Of a stretch of 64,000 bases of DNA, positions 40,017 to 53,074 are shown piece after piece (position 1 is the first letter of the stretch; the number at the start of each line of letters is the position of its first letter). The translations under genes were made by a program, and so were the position numbers. Source of the DNA: the human T2T-CHM13v2.0 reference genome, Homo sapiens; assembly GCF_009914755.1 (NCBI RefSeq), contig NC_060931.1, one strand, 5' to 3'. The notes below the pieces were generated by a model. The model searched no databases, had not been told where the DNA came from, and was given only the letters and a program-made list of their open reading frames with translations.

Positions 40017-40081
40017 CTGATTAGTTGGATTTTTTAAATGTGCCTTAATCTGTTAGTCTTGCTAACATGTATAGTACTAGT
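40017..40081 (+). repeat. Copy 2 of the 65-bp direct duplication
   Basis: ctgattagttggattttttaaat...ttaatctgttagtcttgctaacat...tactagt. Confidence 0.92.
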
Positions 40082-40474
40082 CCAAATAGTATAAAAATAT
40101 TTTTGTAATAAACATCCTATACATTTTCTCTGTTACCAAAAATATAAATAATAGTCTTCTCTTATTTGGAATAATTTCTGCGATATATAGTAAATTTAAT
40201 CCTGCCAAATATTAGACATGAAGAGGACTTTGGAATGCTAGCTTCCTCGTTAAATAAATTACCGCAGTCTATCCTTTTGGCAAGCCAACTCAATGAAAGA
40301 TGTAATAAACACAGATATTAGAATTAAACAGTACCATGGTTAGTGTAGCAAGCTCTTCATTGGACGCTATACTTTCAAATTATACCAAAATGCTGATCTT
40401 AATTATGTACTTTCTTAAGACAGCTTCTGAAAAATTTTAATGTGAGTTTAATACAGGAAAGGCATCTAACAAAA

Positions 40475-40762
40475 TCCTTAGCAAACTAACAGAAGAATAG
40501 AAAACCAAATACTGCTTGTTCTCACTTATAAGTGGGAGCTAAATGATAAGAACACATGGAGACATAGAGGGGAACAACACACACTGGGGCCTTTTGGAGG
40601 GTGGAGGGTGGGAGGAAGGAGAGGATCAGGAAAAATAATAACAGGTACTAGGCTTAATACATGGGTGATAAAAATAATCTGTACAACAAACCCCCATGGC
40701 ACAAGTTTACCTATATAACAAACCTGCACTTGTATCCCTGAACTTAAAATAAAAGTTAAAGA
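40475..40762 (+). mobile_element. Older L1PA (about PA13-16) 3' end
   Basis: ctcacttataagtgggagctaaatga...gagaggatcaggaaaaata...aacctgcac...cctgaacttaaaataaaagtt. Confidence 0.85.
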
Positions 40763-42648
40763 AATCCACAAAATCATACCCTAAGTCCACAACCTTACAG
40801 TGGCCTAGCATTTGTTACAGGGCCATGGAAGGAATATGTTCCAGTAGACCTGGGTATGAATTCTGAACCACCACTTAAATACATTTTTTAAAAAGATAAA
40901 GTTTACAGAGAAACTCTAGAGTTATTTTCTGGGTGATTAAAGTCCCCAAACCAACCTCCCAGGCTACAATCTAAACCAATCAATCTTCCCTGGTTATTGG
41001 ACAAATATGGTATCTTATTTTCTTCTCTGAACAGTAAGTTCTTATCTATGTCACAGGGTGGGGTTGGGGGTAATACTTTTCTCATAGAGGAGTTACAGGG
41101 TAGCATGATATATTTATAAAATCTCTTACAGATACAAGATAGCTCAAGAAACATTCTTTACCCTACAACTTTGCATCTAAAAATATGCTAACAAAGTATC
41201 CTCCCAGGAGTATAGGACAAAAGAAGGACCTATTACACACTTATTCAAACCAGTTTTGTTTAGAGAAGAGCTGATAGCCAGGCTCTGACTATACGATGTT
41301 GAGGAAAAGGCCTTTGTAATCTCACTTCAATGTAGACAGAATAAAATTTTGTCCAAATGTGAACTCAAGACCATATTTACTGCCTGGGCCACATGCTTAG
41401 AATAATATAACAGCTCTTTATCTCAAAGTTACAGCTCATCAGAATGCAGGAGGGGACTGTATTAACTCCCACTAACCCACAAAAATTCAAGAGATGCTAG
41501 CAATGATATTGGATATGTCAATAATAATCTTCTCTTTCCCAGCCTTCTCTTACGTGCTCCCTCCTGGCCCTGTCACTCCAAAATACTAACACCCAGAGGA
41601 TGGGGACTATCTTTTCTATCACACGCACTGATGGCTTGTTACTTACTCTGCCTCCATGCCCCATGGACATTTTGAACCTGAAGCAGTCAGATGCCCTGAA
41701 GCAGATTTAAGCAATCTCTAGATAAGCCAGGGGTGAGCTGTGACAATGGAGCATACTAATATGAAATCTTTTCTGGGACCTATTACAGTTCCCTCTTCAA
41801 ACTCTGGATAGGTCATTTGTACATATCAAGGTCTACTCAACGTAGGCCATGATGTGGTATCATTAAAGACTCCAGGAAGAGTGAGGAGGGAGGAGATTTT
41901 ATTTTTCCAGGATAAAGGTCAGTCTTTTGCTTTCAACCAGCTGCCAGTGCACAGACCACCACAGACTCTGACATCCAACCTGGTATTTTTGCAACCCCTT
42001 AGTAACTAAGGTAAACTATTATGAAACCTAACACTCAAAGCAACTTTATGCCACGTGATAAGAAACAGACTCAGTATTTATTCCTGACTATTTCTGTTTT
42101 GCCCTCGATGGTTTAATCTTACCACTTTGTTTTAGTCACCAGGTTCTGTTTGGCTGCTTTGCATACCGTTTGACCAGCTAGAAAGCTACACTAACACTGA
42201 CAGCCTGTATTTCTCTGCTTCTGTTTCTGCTTCCTCATCTGCGTGTCTGCCAAAGTGAAACTTGCATCAAAAAATGGGTTTTCTTTTGCTTTTTAGCAGC
42301 CAATGGACTTCAAAATACCATTTACTACTAGAAGTGATTTTTTTTTTTTAAAGATGAAGAAGTTTATAGAGAAACTGGAGTTGTCCTGTGGGTGGTAACA
42401 CCCCAAATCAATCTATCATGCAAAAGTCCAAACTCATAAAATTCCCCTAGCAATTGAAAATTGCAAAAACCAGAGGCAACCATTCAGCTTTGCTGGCTGA
42501 GCCTGAAACCACTACCAAGCTCATATCAAACGTTTTTATTTTGTTCCTGTCTTGTTTACATTAAATATCTTCCTAGTTTCATTGCTTAGTCTTTTTCTCT
42601 CTGTCTCTTACTCGCTTGCTGATCATATTAGAATTACACCCTTAAACC

Positions 42649-42817
42649 AAGACAAGCTTCATGGGTGTGCACTTGTACACAAGACCCTGTAATAGAAGGG
42701 CCCCATGCTTGGTTTAATGCTCTGCCACGAATGTTTTGAAGTCTGTAATAATTGTTAAAGAAAGACTCCTGCATTTTCATTTCTTACTGGGTTCCACAAA
42801 TTATATAGCTAGTCCTC
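42649..42817. mobile_element. MER91-like hAT-Tip100 element
   Basis: gcttcatgggtgtgc...agaagggccccatgcttggtttaatgctctgc...gcattttcattt...cacaaattatatagctagtcct. Confidence 0.75.
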
Positions 42818-42899
42818 TTTTAAAAATCACTTATATACTGACAAATTCCGGGCTTTTCTTAGGAAAGGCATTTGTCTTTTGGGTCACTCCCTTCGGTGC

Positions 42900-43770
42900 C
42901 TGACAGCATCTGAAACTTAACAAGCCTCTGATTCCCAATCTTCATCCCTAAACTTGATCTCCCAGTGGTCTACCCTATCTCATTAATACCGTGCTTCTAG
43001 TTCTTGGGAGAGCAGGTGGACAGGGAACTTGAAATTGTCTTTTACTCCTTTTTTATACTCCCACCCTATCTATGACCATATCCTATTGATTCTACCTTCA
43101 AAATTTGCTCAGAACTTTCAGAATGTCTCCACTGGTGTTACATTGCTCAGAGCCATCATCATCTCTCATTTGGATCAGTACTGTAACTGTCCTAGTGTTC
43201 TCTTTCCTGCTGCCCTTGCTCTCTTCTGTTTGAGCATTTGATTGATCCTAACACAGAAGCTAGAATAATCCCATTATTCATAAACTGAATTAGGTCACTC
43301 CTACTCTCCAAAGCCTACTCTCCAATGACTTCCCATTGATTGTATCTTGACAATGGTCCACAAGATCCTCTGAGAACTCCTCTGGTTTACTCTTTTTTTA
43401 CTCATTCCCTTCCACCCATACTGGCTCCCTGGCTGATCTTGGAACATACCAGGCATGCTTCTACTTCCAGACTTTTATATCTGGTGGCTTGCCTCTTCAC
43501 TGCCTTCAAGTCTTTACTGAAATGCCCCAGCTCAGTGAGACCTTTCCTGAACACACCATTGAAAATTGTAACCCCCAACCTTCTACCAGTATTCCTAGCT
43601 TTATCACACTCCTTAGTATCTAACACATTATATCCTAAAAGTCTATATATTTTACTCATTTAATGTATGTGGTACCTATTTCCCCTAGCTAGAATAAAAA
43701 TTCCATGAATATTGGGAATTTTACCTGTGTTGTTCACGGCTGTAAACTCAGCACTTAGAAAACTGTCTGG
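42900..43770 (+). mobile_element. L2 3' part
   Basis: tctaccttcaaaat...agccatcatcatctctcatttggat...aaatgccccagctcagtgagacctttcctga...cagcacttagaa. Confidence 0.75.
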
Positions 43771-44163
43771 ATTAAGAAAATGTGGCACATATACACTATG
43801 GAATACTATGCAGCCATAAAAAATGATGAGTTCATGTCCTTTGTAGGGACATGGATGAAGCTGGAAACCATCATTCTCAGCAAACTATCACAAGGACAAA
43901 AAACCAAACATGGTATGTTCTCACTCATAGGTGGGAATTGAACAATGAGAACACTTGGACCCAGGAAGGGGAACATCACACCCCAGGGCCTGTTGTGGGG
44001 TGGGGGGAGGGGGGAGGGATAGCATTAGGAGATATACCTAATGTAAATGATGAGTTAATGGGTGCAGCACACCAACATGGCACATGTATACATATGTAAC
44101 TAACCTGCATGTTGTGCACACGTACCGTAAAACTTAAAGTATAATAAAAAAAAAAAAAAGGAA
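43767..44163 (+). mobile_element. 5'-truncated young L1PA (about L1PA4) 3' end with TSD, inserted in the L2 tail
   Basis: ggattaagaaaatgtggcacatatac through G-rich tract and poly-A; TSD agaaaactgt(c/t)tggat at 43757-43772 and 44164-44179. Confidence 0.93.
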
Positions 44164-44782
44164 AGAAAACTGTTTGGATAACAGACATTGTCTATAATCT
44201 TTTGAGTTGGTGTGAGTTCATACTCCCAAATTTGGGTTTTAAGGAATATAACTCATGTATTTCCAAGAAGGAAAAAAAAAAACAGATACTGAAACTACAA
44301 AATATCAGAAAACTGGAGGACTGGAGGACTCCATTCTTTTTCATAGCAATCTCTAGGCTGGGAGAGAAATGTAATCTTGGGCAGATAAACATAATGCCCT
44401 TTTAAACAGTAAACTTGGTAATAATGGGCCATTTTGCTCTCCATCAGCAATGAACAGTATAATTCAAAGTCAGTCGTTTTCACTTTGGGAATAGGAGAGC
44501 TCTGGGATCTGCCCTCAAAACAAGTTAACTGTATAACTGAGGGTCAGGCACTCACATTACTTCTAAGCTTTCATAGACTTAAATCAAAGGATTTAGTGAG
44601 ACAACATATATACACAGTGGCACAGAGCCTGGGATATATTAATTAATAAGGGATAGCTTTATTGTCATTATTTAACCTTGACAACCTGTTCTCTATTCAT
44701 CTTCCTTCATTCTCCACGTCAGAAACGCTTAACACTACTTCTCTCTCAAAATCAGCTTCAAGACTTTTAGCCTTTATAGCAG

Positions 44783-44784
<2 letters not shown>

Positions 44785-44820
<36 letters not shown>
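44785..44820. repeat. (AC)18 microsatellite
   Basis: Perfect run. Confidence 0.97.
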
Positions 44821-44825
<5 letters not shown>

Positions 44826-46267
44826 AGCAAAATGGTTTATTCATAAGGAAATATACTTTATGTTTGTGGGAAACTTTAGAGTCACCACAGCAAAGAATTA
44901 TAGTCCAATTTAACTCTGGGAAAAATCACCGTCCTGAGTGTTGTGTTTCTCCTGTCAGGTAGAAATCACAGTGCTGCTGACCCAGCAGCAGGTCAGATAC
45001 ATTGCACTGTGTTTTCATTAGTGGAGGTGGAGACCAGTTGTCTGTAATCCATTTGCAGTCACTTATCACATCCCCTTTCGGCTCAGGACACATATTTGCA
45101 ACATGAAGAGTCAAATCAAAAGCTACGAATAAAGAATTGTGAAGGAAGACTACAGATGCAGAGCAGGGCTTGTTCTCCCTCCTGTGAGGTCTTTCTGAAC
45201 CCTTAACCTTGGAATGATTGGGAGAGGTGGAAACCAGCTAAAGAGAATGATACAGCATCAACCAACAAGCAGAATATCAGCTTCTCTAATGATAGGAAAG
45301 AACCACGTAAGGAAGCTCAAGATCTGTTAAAGAAGGAGAAAATCTATCTGATTTACAATGACTATAATTAAACATAAGTGATCTTTAATATTTGGATTAG
45401 TAAATAATTTGTTTTTATTAAAGCCTGATGGAAAATTTAAAAACAGAGTAAATTTTTAAAACTATGGCATTATTAAATAAAATGTGGTCTTTAATTTTCA
45501 ATTATTATATATGAGAATTATTTACAGAAATATAGTAAATAAGTAAACTGATGTTGCATTTTCTACTGGGATATGTATATGAAAATTAATACAAGGTGTC
45601 TACTCTCTCAGTGCTTATTAATTCCTCCTTTACAGGTATTTTTGCTCATGTTTTCCTTCGTGGATTTCTGCTTCCATGGTAACTTTTGGCCCTTTATCAC
45701 TGCAGCAGCATGGACAGAACTGGGAATAACAGCAATGGGGATGTCTTTAATTATTATCATTTGAACGGATATCAAAATATAATAATATTTTCAGGTAGAG
45801 AACAAATAAATAAAAGTATAAATTAGTTTAGAAAGAAGCAAGGAAGAGGAAACAATTGTTTCAGGAACAAAATTTATCTCTGAACTATATTTTAAAGTAT
45901 CTCTATCTCTATCTATCTGTCTATAGTTCTAGAAGCCAGGAAAAGAGAAAATATGTTGAATCCTATATTTATCACTGCCTAGAGACGGAAGCCTTGCTAG
46001 AATTTAAATTTTAGGCTAAATAATAAATTCAGGTTGTGTTATCTAAGGAAAGTTGGTAAAATTATGAAAATGGTTTCAACTGTAGTTTTGCGAAAGGCAC
46101 TAAATCTTGGTCAGATAGATATTTTCTCTATAACCCTTTTTAAAGACAAAATAATTGATTCAGTAACTCAGTGCAGGTGCTTTTGCGGAGGCACATGATG
46201 TTTTAAAAGTGCTATTTTTTTTTTTTCTGGTGATATCCCTTAATATAGTAAGAATCAAGAAAAATGG

Positions 46268-46651
46268 TGCTATGGGCTGAATTGTGTCTCCTCCAACATT
46301 TGTATTTCGAAGGCCTAACCCCCAGTACCTCAGAATGTGACTGCATTTGAAGACGGGGTCTTTAAAGAGGTAATTAAGTTACAATCAGGTCATTTTGGTG
46401 GTCCCTAATCCCATATGCCTGATGGGCTTATAAGGAGAAGAAATTAGGACACAAGACACACAGAAGGAAAATCACGTGATAACACAGGGAAAAGATGGCC
46501 ATCTACAAGCCATAAGCCATGGAGAGAGGCCTCAGAGGAAAATAACCTTGTTGACACCTTGATCTCAGACTTCTAGTATCCAGCAGTATGAGGAAATTGA
46601 TTTCTATTGTTTAAACCACCCTGTGTGTGATACAGCCCTGGAAAACTAACA
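46268..46651 (+). mobile_element. MLT1B-like solo LTR
   Basis: tgctatgggctgaattgtgtc...ccccagtacctcagaatgtgact...gacaccttgatctcagacttctag...aaactaaca. Confidence 0.85.
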
Positions 46652-47789
46652 GGAATGGGGAGTTGATATCACTGAAAAAGTTCTGAAAGTTCTGTGATAG
46701 TAGTTGGTTGTGGTTAAATATACCAATAGAATCTCAAAGATGTCTGATATTGATTAAAACGATGAGTTTAGATACTGTACAATAACTACAACCATAACAT
46801 CTATCAATTATTGAGGATCAAGTACAGCATTATGCCAAAACTTTTATGCACTTATTTAACCCCTCACACTAATCCTGTAAGGTAGGAATGAATAAGTCTA
46901 TTTTTGAGAATTACACAGTCACGAAGAAGTCATTTTTGAGACACAGTCACTTTTGAAAAGTCATACAATACATGAAAATAAAGTGTAGATTCAAACTGAG
47001 GTTTCTCTAATTTGAAAGCCCATATCCTTACCACACACCATCTGGCCCCCATAAATACACCGAGAAGTGAAAGAGCAGGATTAATGTGACTTGAGTCCTC
47101 TCCAAATCAGAGAAGCATCCCTTTTCTAATAGATTTGGGCCAAATTTCTTCTAAATAATAGAGGCACAGTTAAAGCACTTCAATTAATATTTAGTTGTGC
47201 ATTAGAGGGTTTCTGCTGTTATTAATCAGCTACTTTCTTCATAAATAAAAGCCTCATGTGGATCCTAGAACAGCTCTGGCTTTCTTATAATTACATCTTC
47301 TTAAACTTGACAAAATAATCTAGCTGAGAATATGGGCCTGAAGAGCTGGATAAGTTAATCTTTTAAATGATGTTTAGCATTGAGTTTGCACTGGGTTGGA
47401 GCAGAAAAGTCTCTGATGAACCACTGGCCACCAGAAAGAACAGGGATTCCCTACATGCAGAAGACATTGCTGCATAGGCACCATTCCACCTCTATAGCAC
47501 CAGAGACAGGCTATTGACAATACAGCAGGCAGGCGAAGGTGGATTCAAATACAGATGAACTGACAACCAAGAATTAGCAAATACTTAAGGAGAATCAAGA
47601 CACCTTACAAAGAGAATAATATAAACATACAAAAATAGATCCAATAGAGCTAAAGAAGGAAGACTGTGGAATTAAAATTATTGTTATCTTAGAGAAGTTT
47701 TGAAAAAAAAATAACAAATCCATAAAAATATCAAATAAATTCATATAAGCTATCATTTTAATCATTAAAATAAAATCTCAGTAGATGAA

Positions 47790-48226
47790 GGACTTCTGAT
47801 TCTGGCTATGGAGGAGTAGCTATAATCAAACCAAACCAACTTCTGAGAATAACTATAAAACAATCATAAAGTTAAGGGAAAAAAGACTATTTGGAGGTGT
47901 CAGAGGAGAACCAAGGTAGCCAGGACTCAGGGGATCAAGATCCTAGTAAGGAAAAAGAAAGCACATTGACATATGTCCAGCACTCTCCACTGCCTCTTAT
48001 TCCCAGGTAACGTACTGATTCTACATAGGAAAGACAGAAATCTTTAGACAGACCTGTCAGCAGTCTCATGGGACTAGGGAGATAAAATCTGGAATTTGGG
48101 GTTATCATTGCAATCAGGACTTAAGGACCCACAATTCTAGGGTACTACAGAGAAGTAAACCGGGTATTTTATACCTTTTTTTTCCCTTGAGACTTTGCTG
48201 AATCCTAAGTGTAAGAAAGCAGCAAG

Positions 48227-48271
<45 letters not shown>

Positions 48272-51060
48272 AACATAATCTAGATTCAGAGAGAATTCAG
48301 TTAGAATTCAGGTCCATGGAGGAGAATGATTACTCATAAAATATCAGACATTTAGACATTTAGCCAATATATCTAAAGGGATATTGCTGAGGAGGAAGGG
48401 TAAATCAGAAATAGACAAATCCATAAAAACCTGAAACTTATCCTCGAATTATCCCAATCCCAGATTATATCAAGGTGAAATGTCTTGATATATATATTTC
48501 AATTGCCGACTAGTAGAAAATTGAAGCTTCTCTAGAAGGAAATAACAATATATATAACATCTACATTTTTTTAAAATGTACAATGTCAGTTATTCAATAA
48601 AAGATTACCAGCCAGGCATGCTAGGACACAAAAACAAATGACCAAAAACCGTGGGCAAACAACAACAAAAACTAAACAGGTGACAGAAATGGTGCCACAG
48701 ATGATCAGAACCAGGCTTCTCAGACAAAACTTTAACATAAATGTATTGAAGAAAATACATAATACGATATTTTCATCAGAGGACTGGAATGTGTCTGTGT
48801 GTGTGCGTGTGTGTGTGTGTATTGAAGTCAAAAATTATAGGAGTGAAAAATATAATAATTGAATTGAATAGATGAGTTTAATAACTAATTAGCTACATGG
48901 CAGGAAATGACTGATGCATTAAAGATAAATCAGTAAAAAAAATATCCACGGTGAAGGATGGAGACTATAAATATTTTTAAAATTCAGAAAGAAATTATTG
49001 GAGATATATAAAACATGATACAAAATTTGAATAAACATGAATCTTAAGTCCTAGAAAGAAAGGAGAGATATAATAGATAAAAAGAAACACTTAAAAGAGA
49101 CACTGGACAATAATTTTCCAAAACTTATGAAAAATAATCTATTAAATTGTACAGAAAAAAATTACCAGATGGCCACATTCTGGGAAATCCTAAAAAATTT
49201 CAAGGATTTAAATACAGGGTATGCTATCTGACTAATGTGAAATCAGATTAGAAAATAGAACTAGGTTGGAAATAAATAACAAAAGAAAATTGCCAACTGT
49301 TTGAAAATTAAACAATACATTTCTAAATCACTCATAAGTCAAAAGAAAAACAATGGAAATTAGCAAATATTTTGAACTGAATAATAAGATACAACATATC
49401 AAAAGTCATGGGCTAAAGCAGACACAAAAGAAGAAATCTTGATATGATTATTCATCTCAAAAAACTAAAGAAAAGGGAGAGAAAATTAAATCCAATCAAT
49501 ATAGAAGGAAGGAAATAATAAAGATAAAAGTCAATAAAATAGAACACAAATGTAACATAAAGAAAATCAACAAAGCTAAAAAAAAAAATCTTTGGAAAGA
49601 CTGTAAAATTAAACCACTCACAAGGTTGACCAAGAAAACAAGAAACAAGACATAAATTACCAATAATTTGGTAATTATTCCTAAAAAGGGAAGAAGATGT
49701 GATATAAGATTTTAAAAATATGCCAGCAAATTACTTCTAAATGTTGTTAGCCAAAAAAAAAAAATAAAGTGTATGTTTAAAGTTTAAGAGCAACTTAGAA
49801 AAAAATGAAAATAGGATCTAAAACTCCTGAACTATCAAATGAAAAAAAATGAGAGAAAACTTGATCAGTTAAAATAATTTCAGAGAAGACAAAAAAAGAA
49901 ACATGAGAACATAGTAAAAAGAAAACAGAAAACATTAGCAAACATAAATCATTAATTTTCATTATAAATACTAAATTCCCTATTTAAATACAGATATTAT
50001 CAGGTTTGATTTTAAATTGTATTCTCAAAAGAGAAAAGCATATATAAAGATTATAATAAGCCAAGTTGAAAATACATTTTCTATGCCAGGAAAATGTAAA
50101 CAAAGAAATCTGGAAAGTAATATTAATATAGGACAAAATAGAATGCAAGATATAATCATTAAATTATGCAAAGAATATATATACACACATACAATTAATC
50201 CATTATCACAATGTATGTAAGCAACGCATTATAGAAATGCAAGGATAGACAAATCCATAACCATCATGAGAGATTTTAATTCATCTTTTCAAAGATAGAA
50301 ATTTGATTATACAATATATAATTAAGAATAGTTTGAATAAGTCAGTAATAAAATTATCATTTTCACTGCATTATTTTAAAACATAAATGAGCTTCACAGA
50401 GATCAATTATGAATTAGGTTATCCAGCAACAAAAATAAAATTTTCATAACAGGAAACATGAGACTATATCCTTTCACCTAAAAAGGTAATCAAATTAAAA
50501 TTATAATTTATAAATAAATATGAGTTTTTATTTGGAAACCAAATATCATCCCTGTAAGTAACTCCTATAAAAAGGAAAGTACAAACTATTTAGAAATTGA
50601 ATAATCATGAAAACAGTATGTATGAAAACTTGTGGATACAACCTAAGTGGTGCTTGAAGGAAAATTTAAAGTCCAAAATGGCAATCTTAGGATGCAGGAA
50701 ATCTCAAAAATTAATCATGGAACTAGGTAAACTTTAATAGAAAAAAAAAAAGTAAACTCAACAGAGAAAGAAGAAAGTATTTGATATAAAAGAAGAAAGC
50801 GATAAGACAGAAAACTATAGTACTCATAAACCATATCATATTTGGTAATATGATAAGTCCACATAGAAATGAAAAATAAGATGTAAGTACCAGTACAAAT
50901 TAGTTTTTTTAATTCTAAAAGCAAATTTTGCATAACTTTACACCAATAAATATATACATCTAGAAAAAATGCAAGATTGCCCAGGAAATAGATATTAGAA
51001 GTGAGAAAACAAAACAAAACTATATGGAACTAAAACTATGGTGAGTAAATCAGAAAGGTA
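47790..51060 (+). mobile_element. Old fragmented L1M (5' region, ORF1 and ORF2 remnants)
   Basis: Strongly A-rich strand; L1-like segments such as gaaaattaaacaatacatttctaaat, aaatattttgaactgaa, agaaaatcaacaaagct, aaacttgtggataca. Confidence 0.65.
48229..48268 (+). repeat. A40 homopolymer
   Basis: Uninterrupted run. Confidence 0.97.
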
Positions 51061-53074
51061 GTACGTGACTGACAGAATGATGATGACCCTGCCTGAGAGA
51101 GAGCCAGGGTTCTTTTTACTAAACCATGGAGTGAGAACAAGGAAAACAAGGAAAGTATTCACCCCCAGCTCCTATGCTGTTCCCCTACCTCTCATCCTCT
51201 GACACTTACATCAGCATTTTTATTTTGCTTTTCATTGTGTATTAGGTAGGGTACAGTCCTTTTCAGAATTAGCGATGCAAGTGCATGGCAAATATAGTGG
51301 CAGAGACAATTTTTCTGATGTTTAATCTCCTCTTCTAATATTTTATAGTGTCTTGCTGCTATTTGAAAGGAAGAAAATAATGGTGGGTATCTTTTCCCAA
51401 CGTGCTGAAAAAACTAATTACGGTGGCAATGCAGAGGCTCCACTCACCCCTTATCCCTGGGCTATCTCTGGGGAGCCTGGATATTTGCTAAGATTGGCCC
51501 CTTTACTAAGGACAGCCCTATGATAAGGAGAGTTGAGGAAGATGTAAAGGGAACTCTATCTGAAAGGGTGGAAAGCATAAGACAACTAACCACTTCCAAC
51601 TCAGCCTCAAAGACTCAGAACCCTTTCTGTGTTCCACACCTTGATAAATGGTATCTTTCACAACTCAAGGATCATGACCTGCCATGATTCAGCAATATTT
51701 TTACCTGCTCTTTTTATGTCTGCCTAGATCCTGACAGCCCTAGACTTACTACATCTCTGAGACAATATATAGGGAGATGTTCCTGGGTATAAGAAAATCT
51801 TAGTGCTAGGACTGGAGCCTCCAGAAGATTCCCATGAAGGTCAAAGTAGCCAGGTTTCAAGAGAGGAAAATTCTCAGACATGACATTTAGAACTTTCTAT
51901 AATTGGTCACTATCATGTCTGATGTAGATATATGGGTCTGCTTGGATACTAGCTATGGCTGAAGCACTCCAGAAAATTAAAACTTTATCCATACATATGG
52001 TGACCTCTCCAAGTCACTATACCTAGCCAAGATGAAGCATGCACTAATATGAGACCAGTAATCTGCTACAGTGTGTACTGATTACACAAATTGGCACTAA
52101 GAGCCCCATGTTGAAGATTCAATTATTTGTGGTAATGACAGCTTTCAGGAAAAGACAAAATCATTTCAAATAGGTCAAAACCTTAAAACACCCAGTAATC
52201 ACAACCTCAGAAACTGTAGGTCTCAAATAACTACCAGTGAAAGGTGGAGAAGGCTTTGACCAGTACTCATAACTCTAGACCACAGACAAAAAGTCCTCTT
52301 CTTGCACATTATTCCATAAGCTCTGTGATGTAAAAGAGAGCTTAGTTGTTGCACAATCTTATCTACGGCTGAAAATCCTCACCAGCTTTAGCAGAGGCAT
52401 TACTCTGAATAAAGCACCTACAGGGCTTTAAGATTATTACCGTGACCAGGTACCTGAAAGAGCTAAATACAAGAGAGTGAAGGAGAAAAGCCTTATGTAC
52501 AATTTTCAATGAGAAACTAGCCCGAAGTCCCTCCCACAACAGTTTGAGACAGCTTCTAGGACCATTTCATGACAGTCATTACCTTGCTGGTAGCCCTGCA
52601 ACTGACATAAGTTCTCAGAACAAGAGAGTTGTGAAGTATGAGCCAGAACCAAGAAACTTGTAAGTATATTTTAGAGCCATTAGTCACTCAGAAGCCCTAG
52701 GCATCTAAATCTCCTAGGACAGTGAACTCAGACATCATCTGAAATATCCCTCTTTTTGATGAGCATAGTGCCTTATGCTACTAGTTTCATTAACTTCATT
52801 GATGTCCTGGGTTCAGATAACCTATTTTGCCCCCACCCAGATCAACTGGACAACCTTCTTAGGTCCTGAATAGTCCTTAGGTCGTTAGCAGTCTGACTGA
52901 GTCTTCTCTTACTGAAGCCCTGTGTTCTGTTGAGAATAAGGACAGCAGATTACTCCTCTAATCACCAGTCAGCTCCCAAAGTGATGCAGCTCAGACACAA
53001 TATTCCACTGAACCAACTAGAATACTCTGAATTTTATTGAAAATCACTCAATTCTTTATACATCTCTCACCTGT

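Noticed and set aside
12406-49680. Small hairpins and micro-duplications (12406-12433, 29808-29823, 39615-39648, 46901-46955, 49655-49676)
   Set aside because: Arms of about 13 bp or less in AT-rich DNA; expected from chance or slippage.
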